From Felis catus (lineage: Eukaryota): a DNA stretch of 64,000 bases. Of the stretch, positions 28,313 to 40,999 are shown piece by piece (the first letter of the stretch is position 1; each line of letters starts with the position of its first letter). Location of the stretch: NCBI RefSeq assembly GCF_018350175.1, contig NC_058368.1, positions 39,496,001 to 39,560,000 on the forward strand, in the 5' to 3' direction. Position numbers and translations under genes: made by a program. The notes beneath the pieces are model-generated. The model was not told the origin of the DNA and ran no database searches. It saw nothing but the letters and a program-made list of their open reading frames with translations.

Positions 28313-28457
28313 ACTTAAATTTTACTTTTAAAACATCTTAGGAATTTTGAGACATGATATTTCTCTATAGAGCAGACTCAGATTTAAACCTTGTATTTCC
28401 AATCTACAGGCTGGTATTATAGAAGAAAAATCTCTGGAGAGAAGAGACTCTGCTAAT

Positions 28458-28516
28458 GGAGATGACTAGGAGATGACTTAGGAGATGACTAAGTCATTTT
28501 AGGAGATGACTAAGTC
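28458..28516. repeat. Short tandem repeat, four copies of GGAGATGACT
   Basis: Seen directly. Confidence 0.85.
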
Positions 28517-28842
28517 TTCATTTTTAACACTATCACTATAATTTTGTTGAGAATTCAGAGAATAGAGAAACAATACACAGTATTCCTATTGCCCAAGAAA
28601 TGTATCAGCATCCTGTGGAGAGTTGTGCAAGGTTTATTTTAGAGAGTAGTACCACAAATGCCTAGTTATAAGATCAAGGTGCAGTAGACAAAATCAGAGT
28701 TGAATTTCATGTTCTTCACTTATTTGTGACCATGCTACAGGTGAAATGTGCAGATGTGATGAATAAAATTTAGGTGATTCAAAGCACTTGAGTGAAGCTT
28801 AAAATGTATGATTCAGAAGTAGATGTTTAAAAATTGCACACA

Positions 28843-29054
28843 GGGGCTCCTGGGTGGCGCAGTCGGTTAAGCGTCGGACTTCAGCCAGGTCACGATCTCG
28901 CGGTCTGTGAGTTCGAGCCCCGCGTAGGGCTGTGGGCTGATGGCTCAGAGCCTGGAGCCTGTTTCCTATTCTGTGTCTCCCTCTCTCTCTGCCCCTCGCC
29001 CGTTCATGCTCTGTCTCTCTCTGTCCCAAAAATAAATAAACGTTGAAAAAAAAA
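28843..29054 (+). mobile_element. Young Can-SINE (SINEC_Fc-like)
   Basis: CpG-rich with intact A and B boxes (GGCGCAGTCGG; GAGTTCGAGCC). Perfect TSD ttaaaaattgcacaca (28827-28842 / 29055-29070). Confidence 0.97.
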
Positions 29055-31830
29055 TTAAAAATTGCACACAATTTTTGAGGAAAAATCTGAGATTATATAA
29101 ATAGTATTTTGACCAATCTAGAACCACTAGATTCATATTTTCATTGATTTTGTTTCTAGTGCCAATAATAAAAACATGATATTTAGAAGACTGCAGATTA
29201 GGATGCATTTTTAATTATCCAACAGGCCTACTAAAATGTGAACAGATGGTAAACGCAAATCTTACTTAATTGGAAAACTGGCGTTACGAGAAATAACTAA
29301 GTAGGAAAATATTTGCGTTAAATATACTTAGCAATTGAATTACATCATATTTGTACATATCTGTTTATGAAGGCATCTTTAATATTAAACAGGTTCTGAT
29401 TTTACACTAACCTGTTTTAAAGAGTTAATATTTATTTATGGGGAGAGGGATTGGTAACTAGCAAATTGGAATGGGCACAGTGATATTTAAGAGGATCACT
29501 TGATAATCCCCCACAGATTGGAGCTACCATTCCCAATTCTTTTATTTCCTGTTGCCTAGAAGCAATAGCAAAGTATTTCTTCTCAGTATCATTTGTGGGG
29601 CAGAAGATGATCAAGTTTTATGGATACACATTCTACAGTCTCATTTCCATCAGCTCTGGAATTGTTTCACTGATAAGCACTAACAGGAGGGAGATAGAAG
29701 TAAAATTTATAACCCTCTTCTAAATCTTCGTGATTCCTGTGAACGGCAGCAGATCACTCTTGCCTTGGCTGACACAAACTACCACCATGATCAAAAGGCT
29801 ATAATAATGCTGTTTTATTAAGAAAGATAGCAGTCAAAAAGGTGAGATTCCCAGAGGCAAAGAAATAAATAAAAACAGCAGTAACAGAATGAAAGAAGAT
29901 GGTATAAAGTACTATTTAGGGCAATAACCGAGTAGAATGAGAGATAATATGCAAATCTCGTGCTGGGAATCTGAATTGGATTTTTGTAAACATCAGTTTC
30001 TGACTGTAATATCCCAGTAACTAGTAAATGGTGACCTTAGTATTAACTAAACTGAGTACTGGGGAACACAGAACAGAAAGCTTGCGTCACAACTCCACCT
30101 TAACAAAGATAGGGATGTAGTAGGAAGAGTGGCTACGCTGAAAAGTGCCATTGAGTATGGCTTCACTGGGGTGTCCTGTGTGGGTTCAGCTATCATGTGT
30201 TAATACTATATTTTTCCCAAACAAATTATACATTGTCAAAAGCCTATTAGGAGAGTAGCAGTCCACGCATATATTTTTGGATCGTGGGGGAGTAATAGCA
30301 TCACGTAATCATATGGAGATTCATTAGTTAGTTCATTGTTCAAAGTATGCGATAGTATCAACTAGTAGATCCCCAGAATTCAACTCGGCTTTTTTGAGCT
30401 GAAAATGCACAATATGATGATGTTTCCTTTAAAGGTCATTCACCATTATAAGGCAAAAATTCAAAAAGCCATATTGATTATGAGGGGGACTTCCATCATA
30501 CCTTTAGTCACCTATATTACATTCTGAGGCATTTAGCACAATCAAAATCCATCATTAAGTACTGCTTCAGCCCCGGGCAGTACCTATTTTCGTTTCACAT
30601 TGACTTAAATGTTTTTACTAATTTTTAGTATCCTTGGAAATTGTAGCAGATTTATTTTACAGATAAGAAGACTGAGAACCATTTCATTGGAATAATTGTT
30701 CAGCATCACATTAGTTGATTATCGGATGATAACTAGAAAATAGTTCACCTTGTCAGCCACTCATATCTTAATTACTTGTGTGTTATTGAGCTCCAACTCT
30801 TGTTGAAATGTAAGCTCCACAAGGCCAGGGGCAGGTATGTGTTTCTGTGCTGTACTCTGTATACTTAGCACCTGAAGTACAGATGCTTAATATTGTTTCA
30901 AAGATTGCACGGAGGTTGATATTCATAAGAATTTTTTATCAAAATTGAGATTTGTTACTTAAAAAAAGATCATTGAGATTAACTTTGCTTTGTTTTTATA
31001 TGGTGTCAGTTCCTACATACCTGTTTTAAAAGAACTTTAAAAGCATAAGTATTATTGAATTAAGCTGTAGTCTTGCAGACTTGCAGAATAAAGCATTTGA
31101 ATATTGACATTCCGCAGAGCTGAAAGGTCGAGATTCTTGTGGAGCAAATGCGAACAAGGACTAGAAATGTTAACATGAGCAGGGGACACAACTAAGAGAG
31201 ACCGCATGTTGCAATTATAGACCTCCATCATGCATTTGTAGCCATGAGAACATTTATCATCAATACGTTATCAGTGTGTCTTTTTAAAAAACAATTTAAT
31301 TGCTAATACAGTGGGCAAATTCAGTTATTTTACTTCATAGACTGTCAATGGGCAATTATAAGGCAGTCCTAGGAATAAAGCATTATCTTCCACCAAACCA
31401 ATTACTTAAGTTTAATCTTAGGCCTTTTTCCTCATTTACTTAACTGCCTTGCTATTTATTCTCTCCCTTAAACATAACACCTGATCATTTGTCTCAGTTA
31501 TGTTAAAAAAATGAATTATGTGGGAAGAAATTCAACTAGTTGTTTGGCAAGACAGAGACAAAATAAAACCATCAATTAAATGACAAATATGTAACTTTTC
31601 TAATGTTGGTAGTGGGAGATGGATAGGTTATTTTGAGCTAATGTCTAACATTTTTTTGGTTATCTAGACAATTCTAATGGGTCTGTTTTTACATATGTAA
31701 TTTGAAAACCTCAAATAATAGAAATTTAATGAAATACACCATCTAAACTTGGAAATTTTCAAATTTCAATTAATATTTTAAACATACCTCATGGAGGAAA
31801 TGCAAGGTCATTAAGAATATTCTCTTAGGA

Positions 31831-32759
31831 GAGGAAGCGGCAAGATGGCGGCTTAGGAGGACGCTGGGCTCACCGCGCGTCCTGCTGATCACTTAGATTC
31901 CACCTACACCTGCCTAAATAACCCAGAAAATCGTCAGAGGATTAGCAGAACGGAGTCGCTGGAGCCAAACGCAGACGAGAGGCCCACGGAAGAGGGTAGG
32001 AAGGGCGGCGAGGCGGTGCGCGCTCCACGGACTGGCGGGAGGGAGCCGGGGCGGAGGGGTGGCTCGCCGGCCAAGCAGAGCCCCCGAGTCTGGCTGGCAA
32101 AAGCGGAGGGGCCTGAAGGACTGTGTTCCCACAACAAGCGCGACTTAGCGTCTGGGAGGTCATAAGTTAACAGCTCTGCTTGGAAAGCGGGAAGGCTGGA
32201 GGACAAAGGGAGGGAGAGCTGCTGAGCCCCCTGACGACAGAGCTCAGCTTGGTGGGGAACAAAGGCGCTCGCCAGCGCCATCTCCCCCGCCCATCCCCCA
32301 GCCAAAATCCCAAAGAGAACCAGTTCCTGCCAGGGAACTTGCTCGCTCCGCGCAAACACCCAACTCTGTGCTTCTGTGGAGCCAAACCTCTGGCAGCGGA
32401 TCTGACTCCCTCCCGCTGCCACAGGGCCCCTCCTGAAGAGGATCACCTAAGGAGAAGCGATCTAAGCCTGCCCCTCCTGCCCCCGTGCACCTTGCCTACC
32501 CACCCCAGCTAATACACCAGATCCCCAGCATCACAAGCCCGGCAGTGTGCAAGTAGCCCAGACGGGCCACACCACCCCACAGTGAATCCCGCCCCTAGGA
32601 GAGGGGAAGAGAAGGCACACACCAGTCTGACTGTGGCCCCAGCGGTGGGCTGGGGGCAGACATCAGGTCTGACTGCGGCCCCGCCCACCAACTCCAGTTA
32701 TACACCACAACACAGGGGAAGGGCCCTGCAGGTCCTCACCACGCCAGGGACTATCCAAA
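31831..32759 (+). promoter_or_regulatory. L1 5'UTR internal Pol II promoter (CpG-island-like) with YY1 site
   Basis: CAAGATGGCGG at 31841-31851. This is the only long GC/CpG-rich stretch in the window. Confidence 0.9.
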
Positions 32760-33653
32760 ATGACCAAGCGGAAGAATTCCCCTCAGAAGAATCTCCAGGA
32801 AATAACAACAGCTAATGAGCTGATCAAAAAGGATTTAAATAATATCACAGAAAGTGAATTTAGAATAATAGTCATAAAATTAATCGCTGGGCTTGAAAAC
32901 AGTATACAGGACAGCAGAGAATCTCTTGCCACAGAGATCAAGGGACTAAGGAACAGTCACGAGGAGCTGAAAAACGCTTTAAACGAAATGCATAACAAAA
33001 TGGAAACCACCACAGCTCGGCTTGAAGAGGCAGAGGAGAGAATAGGTGAACTAGAGGATAAAGTTATGGAAAAAGAGGAAGCTGAGAAAAAGAGAGATAA
33101 AAAAATCCAGGAGTATGAGGGGAAAATTAGAGAACTAAGTGATACACTAAAAAGAAATAATATACGCATAATTGGTATCCCAGAGGAGGAAGAGAGAGGG
33201 AAAGGTACTGAAGGGGTACTTGAAGAAATCATAGCTGAGAACTTCCCTGAACTGGGGAAGGAAAAAGGCATTGAAATCCAAGAGGCACAGAGAACTCCCT
33301 TCAGACGTAACTTGAATCGATCTTCTGCACGACATATCATAGTGAAACTGGCAAAATACAAGGATAAAGAGAAAATTCTGAAAGCAGCAAGGGGTAAACG
33401 TGCCCTCACATATAAAGGGAGACCTATAAGACTCGTGACTGATCTCTCTTTTGAAACTTGGCAGGCCAGAAAGAATTGGCACGAGATTTTCAGGGTGCTA
33501 GACAGAAAAAATATGCAGCCGAGAATCCTTTACCCAGCAAGTCTGTCATTTAGAATAGAAGGAGAGATAAAGGTTTTCCCAAACAAACAAAAACTGAAGG
33601 AATTTGTCACCACTAAACCAGCCCTACAAGAGATCCTAAGGGGGACCCTGTGA
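32760..33653 (+). CDS. L1 ORF1p (RNA-binding chaperone), 297 aa
   Basis: ATG to TGA uninterrupted. Coiled coil, RRM ([15 protein letters not shown]) and CTD motifs QARK and YPASLS. Confidence 0.97.
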   Translation: MTKRKNSPQKNLQEITTANELIKKDLNNITESEFRIIVIKLIAGLENSIQDSRESLATEIKGLRNSHEELKNALNEMHNKMETTTARLEEAEERIGELEDKVMEKEEAEKKRDKKIQEYEGKIRELSDTLKRNNIRIIGIPEEEERGKGTEGVLEEIIAENFPELGKEKGIEIQEAQRTPFRRNLNRSSARHIIVKLAKYKDKEKILKAARGKRALTYKGRPIRLVTDLSFETWQARKNWHEIFRVLDRKNMQPRILYPASLSFRIEGEIKVFPNKQKLKEFVTTKPALQEILRGTL

Positions 33654-33706
33654 GGAGACAAAGTCCCAGAGACATCACTACAAGCATAAAACATACAGAC
33701 ATCACA

Positions 33707-36700
33707 ATGACTCTCAACCTGTATCTTTCTATAATAACACTGAATGTAAATGGATTAAATGCACCAACCAAAAGACATAGGGTATCAGAATGGATAAAAA
33801 AACAAGACCCATCTATTTGCTGTCTACAAGAGACTCATTTTAGACCTGAGGACACCTTTAGATTGAGAGTGAGGGGATGGAGAACTATTTATCATGCGAC
33901 TGGAAGCCAAAAGAAAGCTGGAGTAGCCATACTTATATCAGACAAACTAGACTTTAAATTAAAGGCCGTAACAAGAGATGAAGAAGGACATTATATAATA
34001 GTTACAGGGTCTATCCATCAGGAAGAGCTAACAATTATAAATGTCTATGCGCCGAATACCGGAGCCCCCAAATATATAAAACAATTACTCATAAACATAA
34101 GCAACCTTATTGATAAGAATGTGGTAATTGCAGGGGACTTTAACACCCCACTCACAGAAATGGACAGATCATCTAGACACACGGTCAATAAAGAAACAAG
34201 GGCCCTGAATGAGACATTGGATCAGATGGACTTGACAGATATATTTAGAACGCTGCATCCCAAAGCAACAGAATATACTTTCTTCTCGAGTGCACATGGA
34301 ACATTCTCCAAGATAGATCATATACTGGGTCACAAAACAGCCCTTCATAAGTTTACAAGAATTGAAATTATACCATGCATACTTTCAGACCACAATGCTA
34401 TGAAGCTTGAAATCAACCACAGGAAAAAGTCTGGAAAACCTCCAAAGGCATGGAGGTTAAAGAACACCCTACTAACGAATGAGTGGGTCAACCAGGCAAT
34501 TAGAGAAGAAATTAAAAAATATATGGAAACAAACGAAAATGAAAATACAACAATCCAAACACTTTGGGACGCAGCGAAGGCAGTCCTGAGAGGAAAATAC
34601 ATTGCAATCCAGGCCTATCTCAAGAAACAAGAAAAATCCCAAATACAAAATCTAACAGCACACCTAAAGGAACTAGAAGCAGAACAGCAAAGGCAGCCTA
34701 AACCCAGCAGAAGAAGAGAAATAATAAAGATCAGAGCGGAAATAAACAATATAGAATCTAAAAAAACTGTAGAGCAGATCAACGAAACCAAGAGTTGGTT
34801 TTTTGAAAAAATAAACAAAATTGACAAACCTCTAGCCAGGCTTCTCAAAAAGAAAAGGGAAATGACCCAAATAGATAAAATCATGAATGAAAATGGAATG
34901 ATTACAACCAATCCCTCAGAGATACAAACAATTATCAGGGAATACTATGAAAAATTATATGCCAACAAATTGGACAACCTGGAAGAAATGGACAAATTCC
35001 TGAACACCCACACTCTTCCAAAACTCAATCAGGAGGAAATAGAAAGCTTGAACAGACCCATAACCAGCGAAGAAATTGAATCGGTTATCAAAAATCTCCC
35101 AACAAATAAGAGTCCAGGACCAGATGGCTTCCCAGGGGAGTTCTACCAGACGTTTAAAGCAGAGATAATACCTATCCTTCTCAAGCTATTCCAAGAAATA
35201 GAAAGGGAAGGAAAACTTCCAGACTCATTCTATGAAGCCAGTATTACTTTGATTCCTAAACCAGACAGAGACCCAGTCAAAAAAGAGAACTACAGGCCAA
35301 TATCCCTGATGAATACGGATGCAAAAATTCTCAATAAGATACTAGCAAATCGAATTCAACGGCATATAAAAAGAATTATTCACCATGATCAAGTGGGATT
35401 CATTCCTGGGATGCAGGGCTGGTTCAACATCCGCAAATCAATCAATGTGATACATCACATCAACAAAAAAAAAGAGAAGAACCATATGATCCTGTCAATC
35501 GATGCAGAAAAGGCCTTTGACAAAATCCAGCACCCTTTCTTAATAAAAACCCTTGAGAAAGTCGGGATAGAAGGAACATACTTAAAGATCATAAAAGCCA
35601 TTTATGAAAAGCCCACAGCTAACATCATCCTCAACGGGGAAAAACTGAGAGCTTTTTCCCTGAGATCAGGAACACGACAAGGATGCCCACTCTCACCGCT
35701 GCTGTTTAACATAGTGCTAGAAGTTCTAGCATCAGCAATCAGACAACAAAAGGAAATCAAAGGCATCAAAATTGGCAAAGACGAAGTCAAGCTTTCGCTT
35801 TTTGCAGATGACATGATATTATACATGGAAAATCCGATAGACTCCACCAAAAGTCTACTAGAACTGATACATGAATTCAGCAAAGTTGCAGGATACAAAA
35901 TCAATGTACAGAAATCAGTTGCATTCTTATACACTAACAATGAAGCAACAGAAAGACAAATAAAGAAACTGATCCCATTCACAATTGCACCAAGAAGCAT
36001 AAAATACCTAGGAATAAATCTAACCAAAGATGTAAAGGATCTGTATGCTGAAAACTATAGAAAGCTTATGAAGGAAATTGAAGAAGATTTAAAGAAATGG
36101 AAAGACATTCCCTGCTCATGGATTGGAAAAATAAATATTGTCAAAATGTCAATACTACCCAAAGCTATCTACACATTCAATGCAATCCCAATAAAAATTG
36201 CACCAGCATTCTTCTCGAAACTAGAACAAGCAATCCTAAAATTCATATGGAACCACAAAAGGCCCCGAATAGCCAAAGGAATTTTGAAGAAGAAGACCAA
36301 AGCAGGAGGCATCACAATCCCAGACTTTAGCCTCTACTACAAAGCTGTCATCATCAAGACAGCATGGTATTGGCACAGAAACAGACACATAGACCAATGG
36401 AATAGAATAGAAACCCCAGAACTAGACCCACAAACGTATGGCCAACTCATCTTCGACAAAGCAGGAAAGAACATCCAATGGAAAAAAGACAGCCTCTTTA
36501 ACAAATGGTGCTGGGAGAACTGGACAGCAACATGCAGAAGGTTGAAACTAGACCACTTTCTCACACCATTCACAAAAATAAACTCCAAATGGATAAAGGA
36601 CCTAAATGTGAGACAGGAAACCATCAAAACCTTAGAGGAGAAAGCAGGAAAAGACCTCTCTGACCTCAGCCGTAGCAATCTCTTACTCGACACATCCCCA

Positions 36701-37531
36701 AAGGCAAGGGAATTAAAAGCAAAAGTGAATTACTGGGACCTTATGAAGATAAAAAGCTTCTGCACAGCAAAGGAAACAACCAACAAAACCAAAAGGCAAC
36801 CAACGGAATGGGAAAAGATATTCGCAAATGACCTATCGGACAAAGGGCTAGTATCCAAAATCTATAAAGAGCTCACCAAACTCCACACCCGAAAAACAAA
36901 TAACCCAGTGAAGAAATGGGCAGAAAACATGAATAGACACTTCTCTAAAGAAGACATCCGGATGGCCAACAGGCACATGAAAAGATGTTCAGCGTCGCTC
37001 CTTATCAGGGAAATACAAATCAAAACCACACTCAGGTATCACCTCACGCCAGTCAGAGTGGCCAAAATGAACAAATCAGGAGACTCTAGATGCTGGAGAG
37101 GATGTGGAGAAACGGGAACCCTCTTGCACTGTTGGTGGGAATGCAAATTGGTGCAGCCGCTCTGGAAAGCAGTGTGGAGGTTCCTCAGAAAATTAAAAAT
37201 AGACCTACCCTATGACCCAGCAATAGCACTGCTAGGAATTTATCCAAGGGATACAGGAGTACTGATGCATAGGGCCACTTGTACCCCAATGTTCATAGCA
37301 GCACTCTCAACAATAGCCAAATTATGGAAAGAGCCTAAATGTCCATCAGTTGATGAATGGATAAAGAAATTGTGGTTTATATACACAATGGAATATTACG
37401 TGGCAATGAGAAAAAATGAAATATGGCCTTTTGTAGCAACGTGGATGGAACTGGAGAGTGTGATGCTAAGTGAAATAAGCCATACAGAGAAAGACAGATA
37501 CCATATGGTTTCACTCTTATGTGGACCCTGA
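33707..37531 (+). CDS. L1 ORF2p (endonuclease/reverse transcriptase), 1274 aa from the first ATG
   Basis: EN motifs LNVNG, LQET, GDFN and SDH; PIP-box-like KSWFFEK; RT motifs QGCPLSP and FADD; C-terminal [18 protein letters not shown]. The ORF track start at 33650 is a GTG, and the first ATG is at 33707. Confidence 0.98.
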   Translation: MTLNLYLSIITLNVNGLNAPTKRHRVSEWIKKQDPSICCLQETHFRPEDTFRLRVRGWRTIYHATGSQKKAGVAILISDKLDFKLKAVTRDEEGHYIIVTGSIHQEELTIINVYAPNTGAPKYIKQLLINISNLIDKNVVIAGDFNTPLTEMDRSSRHTVNKETRALNETLDQMDLTDIFRTLHPKATEYTFFSSAHGTFSKIDHILGHKTALHKFTRIEIIPCILSDHNAMKLEINHRKKSGKPPKAWRLKNTLLTNEWVNQAIREEIKKYMETNENENTTIQTLWDAAKAVLRGKYIAIQAYLKKQEKSQIQNLTAHLKELEAEQQRQPKPSRRREIIKIRAEINNIESKKTVEQINETKSWFFEKINKIDKPLARLLKKKREMTQIDKIMNENGMITTNPSEIQTIIREYYEKLYANKLDNLEEMDKFLNTHTLPKLNQEEIESLNRPITSEEIESVIKNLPTNKSPGPDGFPGEFYQTFKAEIIPILLKLFQEIEREGKLPDSFYEASITLIPKPDRDPVKKENYRPISLMNTDAKILNKILANRIQRHIKRIIHHDQVGFIPGMQGWFNIRKSINVIHHINKKKEKNHMILSIDAEKAFDKIQHPFLIKTLEKVGIEGTYLKIIKAIYEKPTANIILNGEKLRAFSLRSGTRQGCPLSPLLFNIVLEVLASAIRQQKEIKGIKIGKDEVKLSLFADDMILYMENPIDSTKSLLELIHEFSKVAGYKINVQKSVAFLYTNNEATERQIKKLIPFTIAPRSIKYLGINLTKDVKDLYAENYRKLMKEIEEDLKKWKDIPCSWIGKINIVKMSILPKAIYTFNAIPIKIAPAFFSKLEQAILKFIWNHKRPRIAKGILKKKTKAGGITIPDFSLYYKAVIIKTAWYWHRNRHIDQWNRIETPELDPQTYGQLIFDKAGKNIQWKKDSLFNKWCWENWTATCRRLKLDHFLTPFTKINSKWIKDLNVRQETIKTLEEKAGKDLSDLSRSNLLLDTSPKARELKAKVNYWDLMKIKSFCTAKETTNKTKRQPTEWEKIFANDLSDKGLVSKIYKELTKLHTRKTNNPVKKWAENMNRHFSKEDIRMANRHMKRCSASLLIREIQIKTTLRYHLTPVRVAKMNKSGDSRCWRGCGETGTLLHCWWECKLVQPLWKAVWRFLRKLKIDLPYDPAIALLGIYPRDTGVLMHRATCTPMFIAALSTIAKLWKEPKCPSVDEWIKKLWFIYTMEYYVAMRKNEIWPFVATWMELESVMLSEISHTEKDRYHMVSLLCGP

Positions 37532-37794
37532 GAAATTAACAGGAACCCATGGGGGAGGGGAAGGAAAAAAAAAAAAAACAGGTTAGAGTGGGAGAGAGCC
37601 AAAGCATAAGAGACTCTTAAAAACTGAGAACAAACTGAGGGTTGATGGGGGGTGGGAGGGAGGAGAGGGTGGGTGATGGGTAATGAGGAGGGCACCTTTT
37701 GGGATGAGCACTGGGTGTTGTATGGAAACTAATTTGTCAATAAATTTCATATAAAAAAAAATAAAATATAAAATAAAAAAAAAAATAAATAAAA

Positions 37795-37960
37795 TTTAAA
37801 ACACTGTAAACATGAGAAAAAAAATTTAGTCAAACAAAACAAAATGTGTTATTGAATATTTTTTTTCAAAAATAGACTTTACTCTATCTCAAACAAAAAA
37901 TAATGAGATTAAAATATTTTATAATGATGAATTCTTTCCTAAATAAAGTGCTCAAAATAC
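37795..37960 (+). other. 3'-transduced flank of the source L1
   Basis: Non-L1 sequence between the first A-rich tail (about 37751-37794) and a pure A27 (37961-37987), with AATAAA at 37942-37947. Lies inside the TSDs. Confidence 0.9.
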
Positions 37961-39399
37961 AAAAAAAAAAAAAAAAAAAAAAAAAAAGAATATTCTCTTA
38001 GGAAAAAATAATATTCTATTAGATATATAAAAGCAAAGTGCAATATATGTTACAAAATAAACTCTGATAAATTTATTTTAAAGTCCTTTGAATTTTTTTT
38101 GAAATTGTATAATACATTCCTCACTCTAGCAGTATATATGCAAGCCTTTATATTTTTTCTTGGAGGCGAATATTAAGGAATTCAAATCATCAGCCTGTTT
38201 ACCATGTTTTTCTGTGATTTATCAGGGAAGTCAACAAACCACTTCAGTTTTCTTCTGGCAGTAAAATAGGAAACGAGTGTCCAGGGAACATAAATCTACT
38301 GTGACTTTTCTATCCAATTTCAGTTGTTCTGCCACCATTGATTCCAATGTGTCACACTGTGTGAGAACAATGGAAATTAACACTATGTTGGGACTGCCAA
38401 ATTCATTTCACACAACAGTAATCGCAATAATAACCAAAATAATATATAATCACCCATGAGAATAAGCACAATTCCATGAATCAGAGTCCTAAAGAAATCA
38501 GTCTCAGTCAAAAGAAAATCAGACAAATGTTTTTAAAGAGATTAATGATTCTACCCCATTCCTTGTTTTGCTGGTTTTCATGAGCATCTGTTACGTGGGA
38601 ATACATTTTGTTTTACAGGTTTTTTTTGTTGTTGCTGTTGTTGTTGTTTTATCAGGCAGATGTTTGTATTTTCTCATCCTAGTAATTGGAAGAGCAATTA
38701 GAGACAATGAGAAGGCAACAAAGAGGAACTTTGCCAAAATCTCTTGGTTAAGCTGAATTTCCAACAAACTACCTATGAAATATATTTTACTCTATTTGGC
38801 TAAGCAGAATATTCAAGAACACTTCATTTTTACCCTTTGGCAAACAACCACTCTGGCTGTGAAGTAGGTGAAAGGTATTGTCAGTTTTTGAACAAAAAAA
38901 AAAAGTTTAATCGGGATAAATCCAATTTATGGCAGCCTGTGAAATTTCTCTTCAGTTTAACCTTTGTATTTTTATTTTCTCTTCTTTCATTTATATTCAT
39001 CTATAAATCTTTTTTTTTATTCTGATGCAAAGCCTTCATGAGCCTCAGATTCAATGTATATTAAATGCCATATTGTAGTTCCATATCCAGGCCATCTCAT
39101 ATCCCAAAATTGTATCACTGCTCCTCAAAGAGAACGTTGAGCACATGGAAATATGTATTCCAAGAGTCCTTTCTGAAGGATATTATGAAATACTGTGCTA
39201 AACCTGAAACAGCTCAGCACAATATACAAATATTGGGTTAGGCAAATTTATAAACAATATTAAGATATATTCTTATATTGACTAGAGAGAGCAGCTGACG
39301 AATTTATGAGAGAAATAAATACAAAATGCTTGATATTGGGAAGTGTACACATTCAGTCTAAGGAATATTTTCTTGAATACCTCAAAATATTAGCCTTGC

Positions 39400-40200
39400 A
39401 GAAAAGATTTAAAAAATAACTATATTAAAATGTAACTCCTTTTTATAGTATATAAGATACATATAAACTTCAAAATTAACTGGTAGACTGAGAAGAGATA
39501 TTTGCATTTTACATGACATGTAAAATAGATAAAATTTGTATTAGTAAGCATACAACTAATGCAAATATTAGTAAGTTAATATCTAGAATATATGTAAGTT
39601 CTCAGAAATTTAAAAGTAAAATGTGTATAATCTGGAAGAAAAATAGATAAAGAAACAGCGCATTTGCAGAATATGTAAGTGAATGGTCAATAAATATAAA
39701 GAGGCACTCAATCTCACTATTGATCAGAGGAACTAACAATAAATTACCTGTATTTACCCAAATAAACTTGAAAAAATAAGTTGAATTAGAATCTAGAGAC
39801 AGTAAGGCTGTGAAAAAAAATCATACTGCAGGTATTCATGTAAATCATTCATTTATAACAGAGAACTGTGTCAATTTCAGTTAAGGGGGAAATGCATACC
39901 CCAACAATCCACGCATGCTAATCCAGAAGTTTTTACACTGATATGCAGAATATATACAAGAATACACATTGTGCCATTGGTTATAGACTTAAAATATGGA
40001 AATAATGACAATGTTGTTAGTAATGGATGGATAAATGTGGTGTAGACATACTATGCACCATATAGGAATTAAAGGAAAATACTTCTATAATTAACCACAT
40101 GGATACTACGCAAAATAAAATGTTTAGTAAAAATCAGTTGCAAAATACATTGAAATTTTGATAACATTCATATAATTTTAGAAAAGTATACTTAAAATAT
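39400..40200 (+). mobile_element. Ancient L1ME-like ORF2 end/3'UTR fossil
   Basis: Degenerate motifs gagaagagatatttgca, ctcaatctcactattgatcagag and ggatggataaatgtggtg. Confidence 0.6.
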
Positions 40201-40407
40201 CACAATGTGTGTGTGTGTGTGTGTGTGCATGTGTGTGAAGGTAAGGAGGAGTGTCTCATAAATTTGTAATAGGGACCCCAAGTTGGGGCAGTGAGTGAGG
40301 TTGGGAATAGGAAGAAAGATTAGAAAGAAAATAGTGATAATATGCCACTTCAAAATGAACTGTTTCAGTAATCAAATCCGATGTGTATCTGTATCCATTA
40401 ATATAGT

Positions 40408-40999
40408 GTTAGTATTAGTATTAGTATTATTTAGGGAGACGCCACCGTAGGTAGAAACTAGATAGGAGCAGTGGATAGAATGCACAAGTCAGAGTCCCAA
40501 GTCCTTGAGGAGGGAATGATAGAGACATGACCTGGAGGTAAGGATGGTGATAAATAGGTTACACATTAGAAGCCTGGGGACACAACATCCTGACCTTGTG
40601 GCTTCCTAGACCATGACGCTAATAGACCAAAAGAGCAAGGGATCTCCTCTTCCATCTCTGCCCAGAGTAATCCCTAAGACTCAATGGAGAAAGGCTGTCC
40701 TGACAGTTTGGCAAACACCTTGTGGGACCAAAAACTCCCTCTTCCAAACTGTGGGAGGAGTCCCCCAATGACTAGAAGCAGCCTCCATTAGAGACCACCT
40801 CACTGTATGTCACAGTTCCTGCCAGCCCAGAAAGACCCAATAAATATGCAATCCCCAAACAACTAGGTGCCAGTTCCATCTGGGAGACGGCCTGCTCTCC
40901 CCTAGAGAGTATACTGTTTCTTTAATAAACCTGTCTTCTGCTTTCACTTTGGACGCCGGTCTCTTAAATCTTTATTGCAACGGGGCCAAGAGTGGAGAC
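40408..40999 (+). mobile_element. Probable solo ERV LTR
   Basis: Raised GC, TATA-like ataaata at about 40840, AATAAA at about 40924 followed by U5-like sequence. Boundaries are uncertain and I could not resolve a TSD. Confidence 0.5.

Larger units (their letters stand above)
31831..37987 (+). mobile_element. Full-length, intact LINE-1 with 3' transduction
   Basis: 5'UTR, ORF1, ORF2, 3'UTR and two A-tails. Perfect 18-bp TSD aagaatattctcttagga (31813-31830 / 37986-38003) at a TT/AAGA endonuclease site. Confidence 0.99.

Noticed and set aside
33650..33706. 1293-aa version of ORF2 in the ORF track
   Set aside because: It starts at a GTG. The ATG at 33707 matches the usual ORF2p N-terminus.
32957..37695. 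Antisense ORFs inside L1 ORF1/ORF2
   Set aside because: They are shadow frames of the A-rich sense coding strand.
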